A stretch of 63,502 bases of DNA, counting the filler, from Octopus bimaculoides (lineage: Eukaryota): NCBI RefSeq assembly GCF_001194135.2. It is 6 parts of 5 records of this genome, joined end to end, with 100 filler letters (N's around TTAATTAATTAA, not from the genome) between each part and the next. Parts side by side here need not be neighbours in the genome. Positions count along the whole stretch, not along the records: positions 46,759 to 61,687 come from NC_069003.1; positions 61,788 to 63,502 come from NC_068983.1; 4 more parts are not named here. The stretch is one strand, 5' to 3'. Below are positions 52,515 to 63,502 of this stretch, in pieces. The stretch's first letter is position 1, and the number at the start of each line of letters is the position of its first letter. The translations under genes were made by a program, and so were the position numbers. The notes beneath the pieces were generated by a model, which had not been told where the DNA came from, did not search any database, and saw only the letters and a list, made by a program, of their open reading frames with translations.

Positions 52515-52720
52515 AAGGCGGCGACCTGGCAGAATTGTTAGTACGCCGGGCGAAATGCTTAGCGGTATTTCGTCTGCCGCTACGTTCTGAGTTCAAATTC
52601 CGCCGAGGTCGACTTTATCTTTTCGGTATCGATTAATTAAGTACCAGTGAAACACTGGAATCGATGTAATCGACTTAATCCCATCCCCAAGCTGCCCTTG
52701 TGGTAAAAAATTTTGAAATA
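52515..52720 (+). mobile_element. SINE family B, well-preserved copy
   Basis: AAGGCGGCGACCTGGCAGAATTGTTAGTACGCCGGGCGAAATGCTTAGCGGTATTTCGTCTGCCGCTACGTTCTGAGTTCAAATTCCGCCGAGGTCGAC. Confidence 0.88.
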
Positions 52721-52769
52721 ATAATAATTTATTATTATTATTATTGTTGTTGTTGTTGTTGTTGTTGTT

Positions 52770-54560
52770 ATTATTGCCTTTGCACAGCTTCTAACGCTGG
52801 AGATGTATTACAGTATCAGCTGTTCCGTACCAGTGAACTCAGGTAACACCTCTTATTTTTCGAGCACCTTCCGGAGTATTCGAGCGGTTCCAAGCAGTGC
52901 TGTTTTCTGCAAGTGCTCCACCCTTATTGCAGCCCCTATTTGTTCCACGTAATTCTCGATATTTTTGCTCACTGTTCCCAGCGCTCCGACAATTATTGGC
53001 AGTATTGCTACCTTTTTCATCGACCACAACTGCTTAACTTCCCAAGCTAACCTGTCATATCTCTCAACTTTTCTTTCTTCCTTATCGCATACCTTATTGT
53101 CAGCTGGGCATGCTATATCCATGATCCAGCATAGTTTGTTTTCTTTCTCAATTAAGACTATGTCTGGCTTCCTATTCTCTATCTCATGGTCGCACCGAAT
53201 CATAAAATCCCATAGGATTTTTGCATTTCTATTTTCGACGATGCCTTCAGGCTTGTGGTCGTACCAATTTTTTGCTGTCAAGTCCATACTTGTTGCAAAG
53301 TGTCCAATGGACAAGACTGGCTATATTGTCATGGCGTCTCTAATATTCCTTCTGGGCTAGTGGTATACATTGGCTGGTAATATGCCATACAGTTTCACCG
53401 TTTTGTCCACAGATTCTGCACTTATCACTTTCTGCTGTGTTGTCTATTCTGTATTTTATGTAGTTTATTCTTAGTGCTTGCTCTTGGGCAGCACAGATTA
53501 GAGCCTCCGTTTCCTGTTTTAAACCACTTTTAGTCATCCACGGCCATCTTTTTTCTCTGTCTGTCTCATCTTCAACATCCCTATGAAATTGACCATGCAT
53601 TCTTTTCTTTACCCTCCTATTTCATGTTTCTCAGCTAACCGCCTCTGTTCATAATCTTCTTTACTTTCAATAATTCCAATGCATAGGCCTCTGCTTTGGC
53701 AACACACCTTAAAAGTTCTTTTTTTCTTCTACAGGTCAAATACAAATCTAAACACCTGCATTCACTAGGCGAACGACTTTTCACACTTATGAGTCTTCGA
53801 CCGCCTATGTTCACCCGTGTATATAGCCTTGTAACAATTGCCTTTGGCTGCAATGTACCATTGTCAACCATCTTCTTTCGTGTTAACCTATCTTACTTCT
53901 TTATTTCTTCTTTGGCCCAATTCAAAATAGCCGCAGTATATCTAATAACCAGACTTTGATAGCACTAATCAATTTCTTCACATTCAATTTCATTTTCAAT
54001 TTCATTTTCAGTCTAACCCGTTTAGATAGACTTCCTTCACATTTCCTTTTTCCTTCTCATTTAGAAGTTAGTCCAGCTCCAAAATGCCCAAATATTTGTA
54101 CCCCAGAGTGGTTACCGATTGACTCTCTATCGGGTAATTCAATCCCACTATTACGCATACACCTACCTCTTTTCATAGTCAGCGTGGCACATTTTGCAAT
54201 ACCAAACTCCATCTCGATGTCTTTACAGCATCAGTGAACCAGCCTGTAATTCATTCTTGCCAAATTGCTTCAGATCATCCATGAGAAGTAGGTGATTGAT
54301 CCTAGGTCCTCTGTTTTCAATCTGATAGCCAATATCTGTCTCCTGTACATCGATAATGGAACCATTAAAACAATAATGCGAATGAATCTCCTTGGAATAT
54401 TCCTTATCTTATATTGACCACTCCTAGGTGTTTATTTCCTGCATACGAGTTTGTTTTCCACAAAGCTAGTCTCCATTATTTTAATAACACAATCTGCTAC
54501 TCCAAACATTCTCAAACATCTCAGTACTCACGAATACGGGACCGTGCCAACGGATTTTTT
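52770..54560 (-). mobile_element. 5'-truncated R4/Dong-like LINE: RT C-half, CCHC knuckle, restriction-like endonuclease, 3' UTR, ending in (AAT/AAC)n
   Basis: GIFQGDS; ALICAAQEQALR...DKCRICGQNGETVWHITSQC; KILWDFMIRCDHEIENRKPDIVLIEK...IMDIACP..KEERKVERY (PD-D/ExK); LQKTALLGTARILRKVL*. Confidence 0.92.
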
Positions 54561-55344
54561 TTAACCTATCCAACCCATGCATAAATTCTTTAGGTGTCTT
54601 TTGCAATTATTCATGATCGCCTTGTCCGTTGCAAGATGGTCATTGGTTTGATTTCTTTTTCTGCACTCCTTCTGCTCTGCAGGTTACATTTCATTCTGGA
54701 ACAAATGATCATAGACTTTTGCAGCAAACAATATCTGTCAACAGCTCCCAAACCCTTTCCGGTGGTTTGGACGAGGAACAATGGCAAAAACAGAGATACT
54801 TTATCGGCCGGAAGGATCATATAGATATAAAGGAAAGAAATAAAGAGAAGAAAGAGCGATTATATAAGTACGTAGCAGTGTTTGAAAAATAAACCCGGCT
54901 TACTGGACGGTAAACAAGTGGAAATAGAAGGGATCAAAGAAAGACATATATATGCATATATACATGTATGTGTATGTGCATATACATACACACACACACG
55001 CACACATAAATATGCACAGACATACACATAAACACTCACACACAAGCACATATACATGTACATGCATGCATACATTTATGCATATGGATCTGTAATTGCA
55101 TGCAAGACTGTGTGTAACAACAACGTGTCTGAACATGTCCCTTTTAGGGTCATGACGAGGAATTATTACAGATGAACAGATAATTTGAAAGAAAGTTTTG
55201 AATGTTTCGAGCAAGTTTTTATCTATCAAACAATTCTCTCATAATTTAACCACAGTCTGGCTGTATTACAACAGTTCATACTGAACAATATTAGAAACGT
55301 TCTATTGCGTGGATTTACAATGTCTTACTTAACGAAAACGATTA

Positions 55345-55669
55345 TTACCGCCGCCAAGGAAGGAGGTTTCATTGGCGTTGGTCTATCCGTCTGTCCGTCT
55401 ATGTGCAAAATAACTCAAAAAGTTGTGAACGGTATTTGATGAAACTTGCAGAAAAAGTTGGTAATGACACAAGGAACAGATGATGAAATTTTGGTAGAGA
55501 TCCAGGAATTTTTATGGATTCTTGAAGGATTTTTCATTTGTTATATTTACTTTACATGAAGTATTACAATGTTACGTTCTTTGATTATCTCCCTTGAAAA
55601 CACGTTCTTCGTTTCCACGTAACCTATGGTGGCGTTGCTGTTTCCAAAGTTTATTTTCGTTTCTCTATT
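55345..55669 (+). mobile_element. Non-autonomous Helentron-like (HINE/DINE-1/pearl-type) element, 5' part; runs into a gap
   Basis: TTACCGCCGCCAAGGAAGGAGG start, short (GTCY)n repeat, then ATAACTCAAAAAGTTGTGAACGG.ATTTGATGAAACTTG, the layout typical of these elements. Confidence 0.55.
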
Positions 55670-56116
55670 NNNNNNNNNNNNNNNNNNNNNNNNNNNNNNN
55701 NNNNNNNNNNNNNNNNNNNNNNNNNNNNNNNNNNNNNNNNNNNNNNNNNNNNNNNNNNNNNNNNNNNNNNNNNNNNNNNNNNNNNNNNNNNNNNNNNNNN
55801 NNNNNNNNNNNNNNNNNNNNNNNNNNNNNNNNNNNNNNNNNNNNNNNNNNNNNNNNNNNNNNNNNNNNNNNNNNNNNNNNNNNNNNNNNNNNNNNNNNNN
55901 NNNNNNNNNNNNNNNNNNNNNNNNNNNNNNNNNNNNNNNNNNNNNNNNNNNNNNNNNNNNNNNNNNNNNNNNNNNNNNNNNNNNNNNNNNNNNNNNNNNN
56001 NNNNNNNNNNNNNNNNNNNNNNNNNNNNNNNNNNNNNNNNNNNNNNNNNNNNNNNNNNNNNNNNNNNNNNNNNNNNNNNNNNNNNNNNNNNNNNNNNNNN
56101 NNNNNNNNNNNNNNNN

Positions 56117-56163
<47 letters not shown>

Positions 56164-56234
56164 TATACATATATATATGTATATATATATATGTATGTAT
56201 ATATATATGTGTATATATATGTGTGTACATATAC

Positions 56235-56269
<35 letters not shown>

Positions 56270-57858
56270 AAAGATGCTACAATGTGATTTAGGGAAGATT
56301 TAGTTCCTATTTCCCTTCTGATCCGGTGGTCTTAGTTTAAAGGAGCCAGTCTTTTTGTAATGCTGTCTCTATAGATAACACGGGTACCTTTATTCTTTAT
56401 TCTTTCTGTTTCAGTAAGCTGGGAACAACAAGAACATCAACATGATGCAGAGTCTTCATCGACGCCATAGAACGGAGTTCAGACTTGGTGTACGGTTTGA
56501 AGATAACTGCCCACTATTTCTTCTCGCCGGTGACGGATACCTTAAACAGGGTCATAGGTTCATAGGGTTACGAGGTTGTGGGGGTCATGGCTATGCCCTT
56601 CTTTCTTTCCTAAACACAAAAAGAAACACTCTTCATCTGAGCAGTGCATTGTCACAGGACACAGGGACAGATTTTGGTCAAGTGCATCGACTTGATTATG
56701 GACGAGGTCGCTGTAAGAGATCACTATAGGGGCATGTCAATCAAAGATCTGTCCCTGTAGGTTGGTGGACCTTAGAAATAGAATGGGATTGGTGAGGACG
56801 CCTTCTGATGGTGGTGGAGGTGGAGACAGTGATAGTGGTGGTGGTGGTGGTGGTGGTGGCGGCGGTGGTGTGACAAGGAAAAAGGACAAATGACTTGATA
56901 AGAGAGAAAGTTGTGTATAAGAAATAGAGACATCAATAGCTTGTGGTTATTTATCAATAAATCGATAGATCACAAGGTGTTTATTCCTTCGGTATTAATA
57001 GTATACATTGCAGGGGNNNNNNNNNNNNNNNNNNNNNNNNNNNNNNNNNNNNNNNNNNNNNNNNNNNNNNNNNNNNNNNNNNNNNNNNNNNNNNNNNNNN
57101 NNNNNNNNNNNNNNNNNNNNNNNNNNNNNNNNNNNNNNNNNNNNNNNNNNNNNNNNNNNNNNNNNNNNNNNNNNNNNNNNNNNNNNNNNNNNNNNNNNNN
57201 NNNNNNNNNNNNNNNNNNNNNNNNNNNNNNNNNNNNNNNNNNNNNNNNNNNNNNNNNNNNNNNNNNNNNNNNNNNNNNNNNNNNNNNNNNNNNNNNNNNN
57301 NNNNNNNNNNNNNNNNNNNNNNNNNNNNNNNNNNNNNNNNNNNNNNNNNNNNNNNNNNNNNNNNNNNNNNNNNNNNNNNNNNNNNNNNNNNNNNNNNNNN
57401 NNNNNNNNNNNNNNNNNNNNNNNNNNNNNNNNNNNNNNNNNNNNNNNNNNNNNNNNNNNNNNNNNNNNNNNNNNNNNNNNNNNNNNNNNNNNNNNNNNNN
57501 NNNNNNNNNNNNNNNNNNNNNNNNNNNNNNNNNNNNNNNNNNNNNNNNNNNNNNNNNNNNNNNNNNNNNNNNNNNNNNNNNNNNNNNNNNNNNNNNNNNN
57601 NNNNNNNNNNNNNNNNNNNNNNNNNNNNNNNNNNNNNNNNNNNNNNNNNNNNNNNNNNNNNNNNNNNNNNNNNNNNNNNNNNNNNNNNNNNNNNNNNNNN
57701 NNNNNNNNNNNCTATAATCATATATTATTTACAACAATATGCTCCATTTAAAGCGACTAAACTTAAACAATTGATGAAAAAAAAAGATGGGCCGAACCAT
57801 TGGGAATTGAACACGACATCAATGCTTACAAAGCTTCGTATGCATATATTATTGTATA

Positions 57859-58425
57859 GGGTCATCCCAAAAATAATGCGGGTTTTTTCAATTGTATATG
57901 CTAAAAGTCGGAGAGGGACGGGATAAACTACCTGCATCAACTTGCTATAAAAGCAGGTAGTAATTTTACCTTGTCCTTATTCTTAGTGCAAGTTTTGAAG
58001 AGTGCAGTTCGATTTTAACAGTTATATTTTCAAAGTTATAATGGAAATTACTAAGGAGCAAATTCGGCATATTTTGCTTTATGAGTTCAATAAAGGCAAC
58101 AACGCAACGGAAAGTGCGAGGAATATTAATGCAGGATATGGGGATTGGACAGTCGGTGTCAATGGTGGTTCCAGAAATACTGAACAGGAAACTAAAGTCC
58201 TGCAAACTCTGGTAGAACAAAATCTCATTGTAACTCTTGGGGAACTAGCAGAGAAGCTTCGATTTAGTCATTCAACCATTCATTGACACCTGCCTGCCAT
58301 CGAAAAAGTCAGCAAATTGGGTCAATGAGTTCCTCACAAACTTTTCGAGTCTAATCGCGTGAGTGAATGTGTGCTCTTCTTTGTTGTCACGTCTCACAAA
58401 TGAACTTTTGGACCGAATAGTGACT
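57859..58425 (+). mobile_element. Mariner 5' half: TIR, 5' UTR and transposase N-terminus
   Basis: TA then GGGTCATCCCAAAAATAATGCG; ATG at 58041 MEITKEQIRHILLYEFNKGNNATESARNIN (HTH); KVSKLGQ*VPHKL; LLDRIVT, truncated before the first catalytic D. Confidence 0.85.
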
Positions 58426-59088
58426 GAATAGTTAGTTTAATACAAAACACCAGTATCTAGCTCCTGTCACTCCTATATTTTTACTGACCAAATCCTGAAC
58501 AGAGAGGTCGTAGGGTATGGTGAAATAAAACTATTTAGTCGATTTATTATTCAGGTCAAATGCAATTCAAATTTTATCAGTAACATATATCTTTCTATAT
58601 ATAAATATGTATTACTCAAAGAAATTTCAACTTTGTCTGATTTTCACGTTTTATTTACAATCTTATAATAATATACTATAATGAAATGATAGAATATTAA
58701 ATGTCCATTCTGATAGAACTAGTACTTTCATGCATTAAACTAGGCAATCTTCAGGTTCATGTAGTAGTGGTGACAGTTATGTTTTACAATTTACAACTGT
58801 AGTGAGATGGCTAAACTGTGTGCCTTATAAACATTTGTACAGACTAAAGAATGTTAATTTTTGCAAACTGTATTCTGACCAATCAGTGTGTGATTTTACT
58901 AAATTACTTAAATTGATTGGTGTTTGGTTTAGACGTCACGGTTTATTGAACATGTCAAGAGACTTGTATTTTGACCCTGGCGAAAGCAGTAATTGTTGGG
59001 CTAATTTTAGAAATGTTGTAAACAACATTTTCCAGAGATTTTTACATTTTAATTATCATCATTATAATCTCCTTTATTATTGTTGTCG

Positions 59089-59153
<65 letters not shown>

Positions 59154-59603
59154 GGTAGGAGTAGCTGTGGTAATAGAACTTTACACCCAAAAATAAGATA
59201 ATTTTTACTAACTTTTCTCTTAACTTAGCTAGTATTTTCCTGCTATCATCATAATGATTGTTGTTGTTGTTGTTAGTAGTAGTGATCGTAGTAGTAGAAA
59301 TAGTACCTCTAAGTATTAGTATTATTGTTTATTTAGCTTGGGTTAGAATTTATTAATAAAATTCTTTTCTCTGAATTTTCTTTCAATTTCACTTGGATTG
59401 TGTAGTTTGTAGAATGGAAATATTATAAATATTTTCCGACCGCATGTTGCTAGATGGTTACTCAAAAGTATCTGACGGACATCTGGGTCTCTAATTTGCT
59501 GTCGGTGCACGCGTGAACGTTCTGATAGTGCATTTCTAGTCTGACCTACTTATAATTCTTTACAATTTGGGCATTTGTATATATATATATATATATATAA
59601 AAC

Positions 59604-59970
59604 TTTTTCAGTCTATAGAGAAATGGTTAAAAATTTACCCCGTTTATAATTATACCATATGTTACATACTTATTATATCATACCTTGATACTGTGTGAAC
59701 TAAGATCCCTGTTGACAGACCGCTGGTATTTATAGAATGTTAAACACTTTCGGTATGCAAATTAGGGACTCCTTCATAGAGTAACTACTACATTTGTTGA
59801 GTATATAAGCAGTTTAGCTGTTTCTCTGGAGACTGTCAGAATATTATAGACACCTCTGATGAGAAGCCAATAAGGTTCGAAAATCGATTAAGGTTGTCTA
59901 TCATTTTTTTCAATCTACGGAGAAGTGGCTAAAAATTTGCCCTGTTTATAATTATACCATTTGTTACATA
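59604..59970 (+). repeat. 302-bp unit bounded by 65-bp imperfect direct repeats (59604-59668 and 59906-59970)
   Basis: TTTTTCAGTCTATAGAGAAATGGTTAAAAATTTACCCCGTTTATAATTATACCATATGTTACATA versus the second copy with about 8 mismatches. Confidence 0.85.
59846..59901 (+). ncRNA. Minimal type-I hammerhead ribozyme with intact catalytic core
   Basis: Stem I ATAGACA-CCT/AGGTTGTCTAT; CTGATGA 59856-59862; stem II GAA(G)CC/GGTTC; GAAA 59879-59882; stem III A-TCGA-T; UUA site, cleavage predicted after 59890. Confidence 0.8.
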
Positions 59971-60664
59971 TATATGTAACATATTATGACAGGCTGAATT
60001 AATGAGAACACTCTATTACACTTTAAAATACTGTATACGTTTATGAATAATTATATTTCAATTTAAGATAGATCAGATAAAGCAATTTAAGAATGTAGAC
60101 TAAAATTCTAAATAAAAGAGACTAAATTAAATCCGAGACAACTTATTCAAATTGATACTTTTGTTTTAATTAGATTCTCAAGCACATCAGTCAGTTAATT
60201 CTCAAACGTATATACTATATCATAAAATTTTAAAAACTAGAAATTAAGCTCAAAGATTAAGAAATTGAAAGATTAAAAAAACTAAAAAATTAAAAAGTTA
60301 AATATTTTATCTAAAATATAAAAGACAGTTTTAAAATGATAATTATAAAAAATAATCATTTAAAAATAATAAAAAATAATTAAAATACTTAAAGCTATAG
60401 GAAGAAATTTAAAGAAGTAAGAAAATTAAAAAAGTTTAATTAAAAATAATTAGGAAGTAATTAAGAAGTAATAGTTAGAAGATTAGAACAATGAAATTAA
60501 TTAAAAACGATATAACTGTATGTACCAATTTATACTAACTATACTAAATATACTAGACAAAAATAAGTATACCTAGCATATTATATTATTATGCTGCATT
60601 AATTTGAATTATTTTATTAGGGAAGTTTTTGAAAGTTCTTCTGTATGAATGTGTACAACGTAAT

Positions 60665-61045
60665 AATAATTCATCTCTTGTATTCAATATATTAGATTTG
60701 GATGTAAGGATATGCAGCATCTTCTCAAGGCATAAGTTACACTTTAGTTTACCTCCATGATATGGTAGCGCGCTACCTATTATAAACCATTTAATATCAT
60801 ACCTAGTATTGCTTGGTTTAGCGCTCCAGATAGATTTGCTTAAAGAGGTAAAGATTTCAATTGTTTTCTAAATATAAACGAAACTATGATAATATAAATT
60901 TTGTTTAAATCTAGTTGTGCAAGCACCTATATAACAGTATTTTCTCATATTCTTACCGAGCATTTATAACCTGTTTTATCTTAAGCACTGGTTATTCAAA
61001 GGGCAGGTAAGACGACCTCTGTAATTACATAAGCGATTAAGCTTA
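60665..61045 (-). pseudogene. PLE Cys-linker and GIY-YIG endonuclease relic
   Basis: LCNYRGRLTCPLNNQCL...KYCYIGACTTRFKQ...TSLSKSIW...YDIKWFIIGSALPYHGGKLKCNLCLEK..ILNTRDE; paralogous to 2955-3347. Confidence 0.8.
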
Positions 61046-61208
61046 TCATTGGATGATTCTCAGTCCGAAAGATTTATATTTTATATATTGCCAGCGTTAG
61101 ATATTGAATCAGGAACATTCTATATATTAAGATATGATATATTTGATATACGCATGGAATCTCTATCTGAACACTGGATATCTCAAACTCACTATGTATT
61201 ACCCTAGA

Positions 61209-61268
61209 TTTCTTCTTCTTCTTCTTCTTCTTCTTCTTCTTCTTCTTCTTCTTCTTCTTCTTCTTCTT

Positions 61269-61299
<31 letters not shown>

Positions 61300-61335
61300 T
61301 CATTTCCATTTTATTACTACTACTGCTGCTGCTGT

Positions 61336-61406
<71 letters not shown>

Positions 61407-61407
61407 G
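61209..61407. repeat. Adjacent (TTC)n and (CTA)n arrays
   Basis: Direct reading; source of the poly-Leu ORF. Confidence 0.95.
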
Positions 61408-62912
61408 TACTATTACGTTTATGAATTTGTTTTGCAAGATTCGTGTTATAAAAGTGGTGTGTTGAAGCACATCTTGTTATATTTGGGAATGGTCATTTCT
61501 TTTTACCAAATAAACACGCGCACTATATATTACTGCATTAGTGCGTGTGTTGATTTGGCAACGAAAAAAATGACCATCCCGAAATATGATAGTAAATTAT
61601 ATATGTATATGTGTGTGTGAGTGTGTGAGTGTGCGTGTGTATAAATATATTTATATATGTTTACATGTAAGTATATTTATGTATATANNNNNNNNNNNNN
61701 NNNNNNNNNNNNNNNNNNNNNNNNNNNNNNNTTAATTAATTAANNNNNNNNNNNNNNNNNNNNNNNNNNNNNNNNNNNNNNNNNNNNCGATAGAATCGTA
61801 ATCTACACCACCTGAAAGGTATCCATTTTTCTGAAATTTATAAAGGAACAAAGTCGTGGGGGCTCTTGTGCAGGTAAGCCAAGAAACCCCCTTCTTGATT
61901 GTATTACCTTTTTATTTTTAACAAAACCACGCATGGCTAACATCAAACATCAACCAACAAGAGGTTTTCTACTTGGACATTCTTTATTAATGATTTTTGG
62001 TAAAAGTGTTAGTCGTCTATGTATGATATTGTACCTTAAATAGCTTTCATATGAACTAAAGAAAATCCTAGACTATGTTGGATTTTGTTGTTTCAACGCA
62101 AGTCAAGCCTGATTCAACACTCTATGCTAAAAGGCGTTCCAGCTATATCCATCATATTTAGGTTCGGGGTTTCTGTTTCGATTAGAAAAATTTTTTTTTA
62201 TATATATAACGTATCGAGAACTACATTATAGTGTCTTCTTTTGTCTCTTGTTGAATTTCTTTCAACTATTTCAAGTATTTCAAATTCTTCCAAGATTTAA
62301 AAAAATTTTCTACTCTGTTGTAACTTCTTTCTAGAAAAAATGAATGCAATTTTCGTCATCAGCATGTAAAACCATTTTTTTTTAAAGTAATTATTCAGTG
62401 AAAATTTTAAATACTTCAAGTGGTTGGAAGAAATTTAACTAGATCCCTCCTATTTCTGTTTTTTTGTGTTTTTTTTTTAACATTAGAATGTAATTTGGGA
62501 TGGAAGAGAATTGCCAGCTATTTCTTGTAGGCCTAGCAAGCACATAGGGGTTTAGATTGCTTTTGTTCTCGTAGTCACTATTCGCTTTGAGAACAAATCA
62601 TTCGATAATGAAACAAAATCGATTAAGCCCAATTTTTGTTTCTTTACTTCGTTTATTTTAGTTTCCAGCGAAATAAATTGCCTCCGTCGCGATTAGTGTT
62701 CTTCTCACGTTATTGGGTAAATTTGACGTTTCATAAGAAGAATGGTTTCCTTAACATGGCTATGGCGTCTAAATTGTCAGCACCTTTCTAAATGTTAATA
62801 TTTTTTTATCTGCTTTTAAGAAACCAAAGGTACTGTCATTATATAAAAAAAAACAAAAAACGAATTTTAATGTAACAATTTGATATTTATTTTGCAGCGT
62901 CGATTTCGAGTT

Positions 62913-62986
62913 GGCCGGTTAGCTCAGTTGGTTAGAGCGTCGTGCTAATAACGCGAATGTCGTGGGTTCGAGCCCCATACTGGCCA
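62913..62986 (+). tRNA. tRNA-Ile (anticodon AAT), intronless, 74 nt
   Basis: Acceptor GGCCGGT/ACTGGCC; D-arm GCTC/GAGC; anticodon stem TCGTG/CGCGA with loop CTAATAA; T-arm GTGGG-TTCGAGC-CCCAT; discriminator A. Confidence 0.96.
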
Positions 62987-62994
62987 AGTTATCG

Positions 62995-63006
62995 TTTTTT
63001 TTTTTT
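62995..63006 (+). terminator. RNA polymerase III oligo-T terminator (T12)
   Basis: T run starting 9 nt downstream of the tRNA-Ile 3' end. Confidence 0.85.
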
Positions 63007-63259
63007 GTCACGATTTGCGTAACCATTAGAGCTCCTACAGAATGTTACCAGTTTAACTTCTGTCGTTTATTTATAAACAAAAGAGAAAAACGTATTTGTG
63101 TCCTCATATTTTTGTTTATTTACTTATTTCGCATTCCCAAACATGTATATACAGATTTTGCTATATTTTACTTGTGTTTACTTTATGTAGAGAGGGAGAC
63201 AGAGAGAAAAGGAGATTAGAGAGACGGGGAGGAAGATAGACGTATATTCTTTTATTCAT

Positions 63260-63415
63260 TTTACTTCTTTCAGTCATTTGACTGCTGGAGCACCGCCATT
63301 AGTCGAACAAATCGACCCCAGGACTTATTTTTTTAAAAGCCTAGTGCTTATTCTATCGGTATCTATTGCCAAATTGCTAGGTTATGGGGACCTAAACACG
63401 CCAACGTCGGTTGTA
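63260..63415 (-). mobile_element. SINE family A 3' tail segment
   Basis: CAGTCATTTGACTGC...TAGTCGAACAAATCGACCCCAGGACTTA...GCCAAATTGCTAGGTTATGGGGAC; homologous to 9370-9562. Confidence 0.7.
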
Positions 63416-63502
63416 TATACAAATATACATACATCATATACACGTATATATATATATATATATATATATAAAGTATATGCTGTCAACTTAACGTGACAGT
63501 CC

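Noticed and set aside
56400-56760. Complex GC-richer stretch with a 95-aa ORF; faint resemblance to a gypsy integrase tail
   Set aside because: No diagnostic motif in any frame; cannot be assigned without a database search

Overview
AT-rich, microsatellite-saturated animal genomic DNA from a gapped draft assembly. The SINE families and overall repeat landscape look like an octopus/cephalopod (inference, not verified). I cannot support any host protein-coding gene: almost all ORFs in the track are simple-repeat or N-gap read-throughs, and the rest are decayed transposon fragments. The one intact host gene is a tRNA-Ile(AAT) at 62913-62986. The window holds relics of Penelope-like elements (PLEs) with a C-terminal GIY-YIG endonuclease, RTE, CR1/L2, L1/Tx1-like and R4/Dong-like LINEs, two mariner relics, Helentron-like non-autonomous elements and about 20 tRNA-derived SINE copies. 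Most notable: (1) three or four minimal type-I hammerhead ribozyme motifs with palindromic stem III, most near PLE relics, the best one (59846-59901) inside a 302-bp retrozyme-like unit; (2) a foldback element with about 260-bp inverted arms around a telomere-like TTAGGG array; (3) an RTE reverse transcriptase split into two exactly contiguous halves 5 kb apart; (4) repeated R4/Dong insertions ending in (TAA)n arrays.
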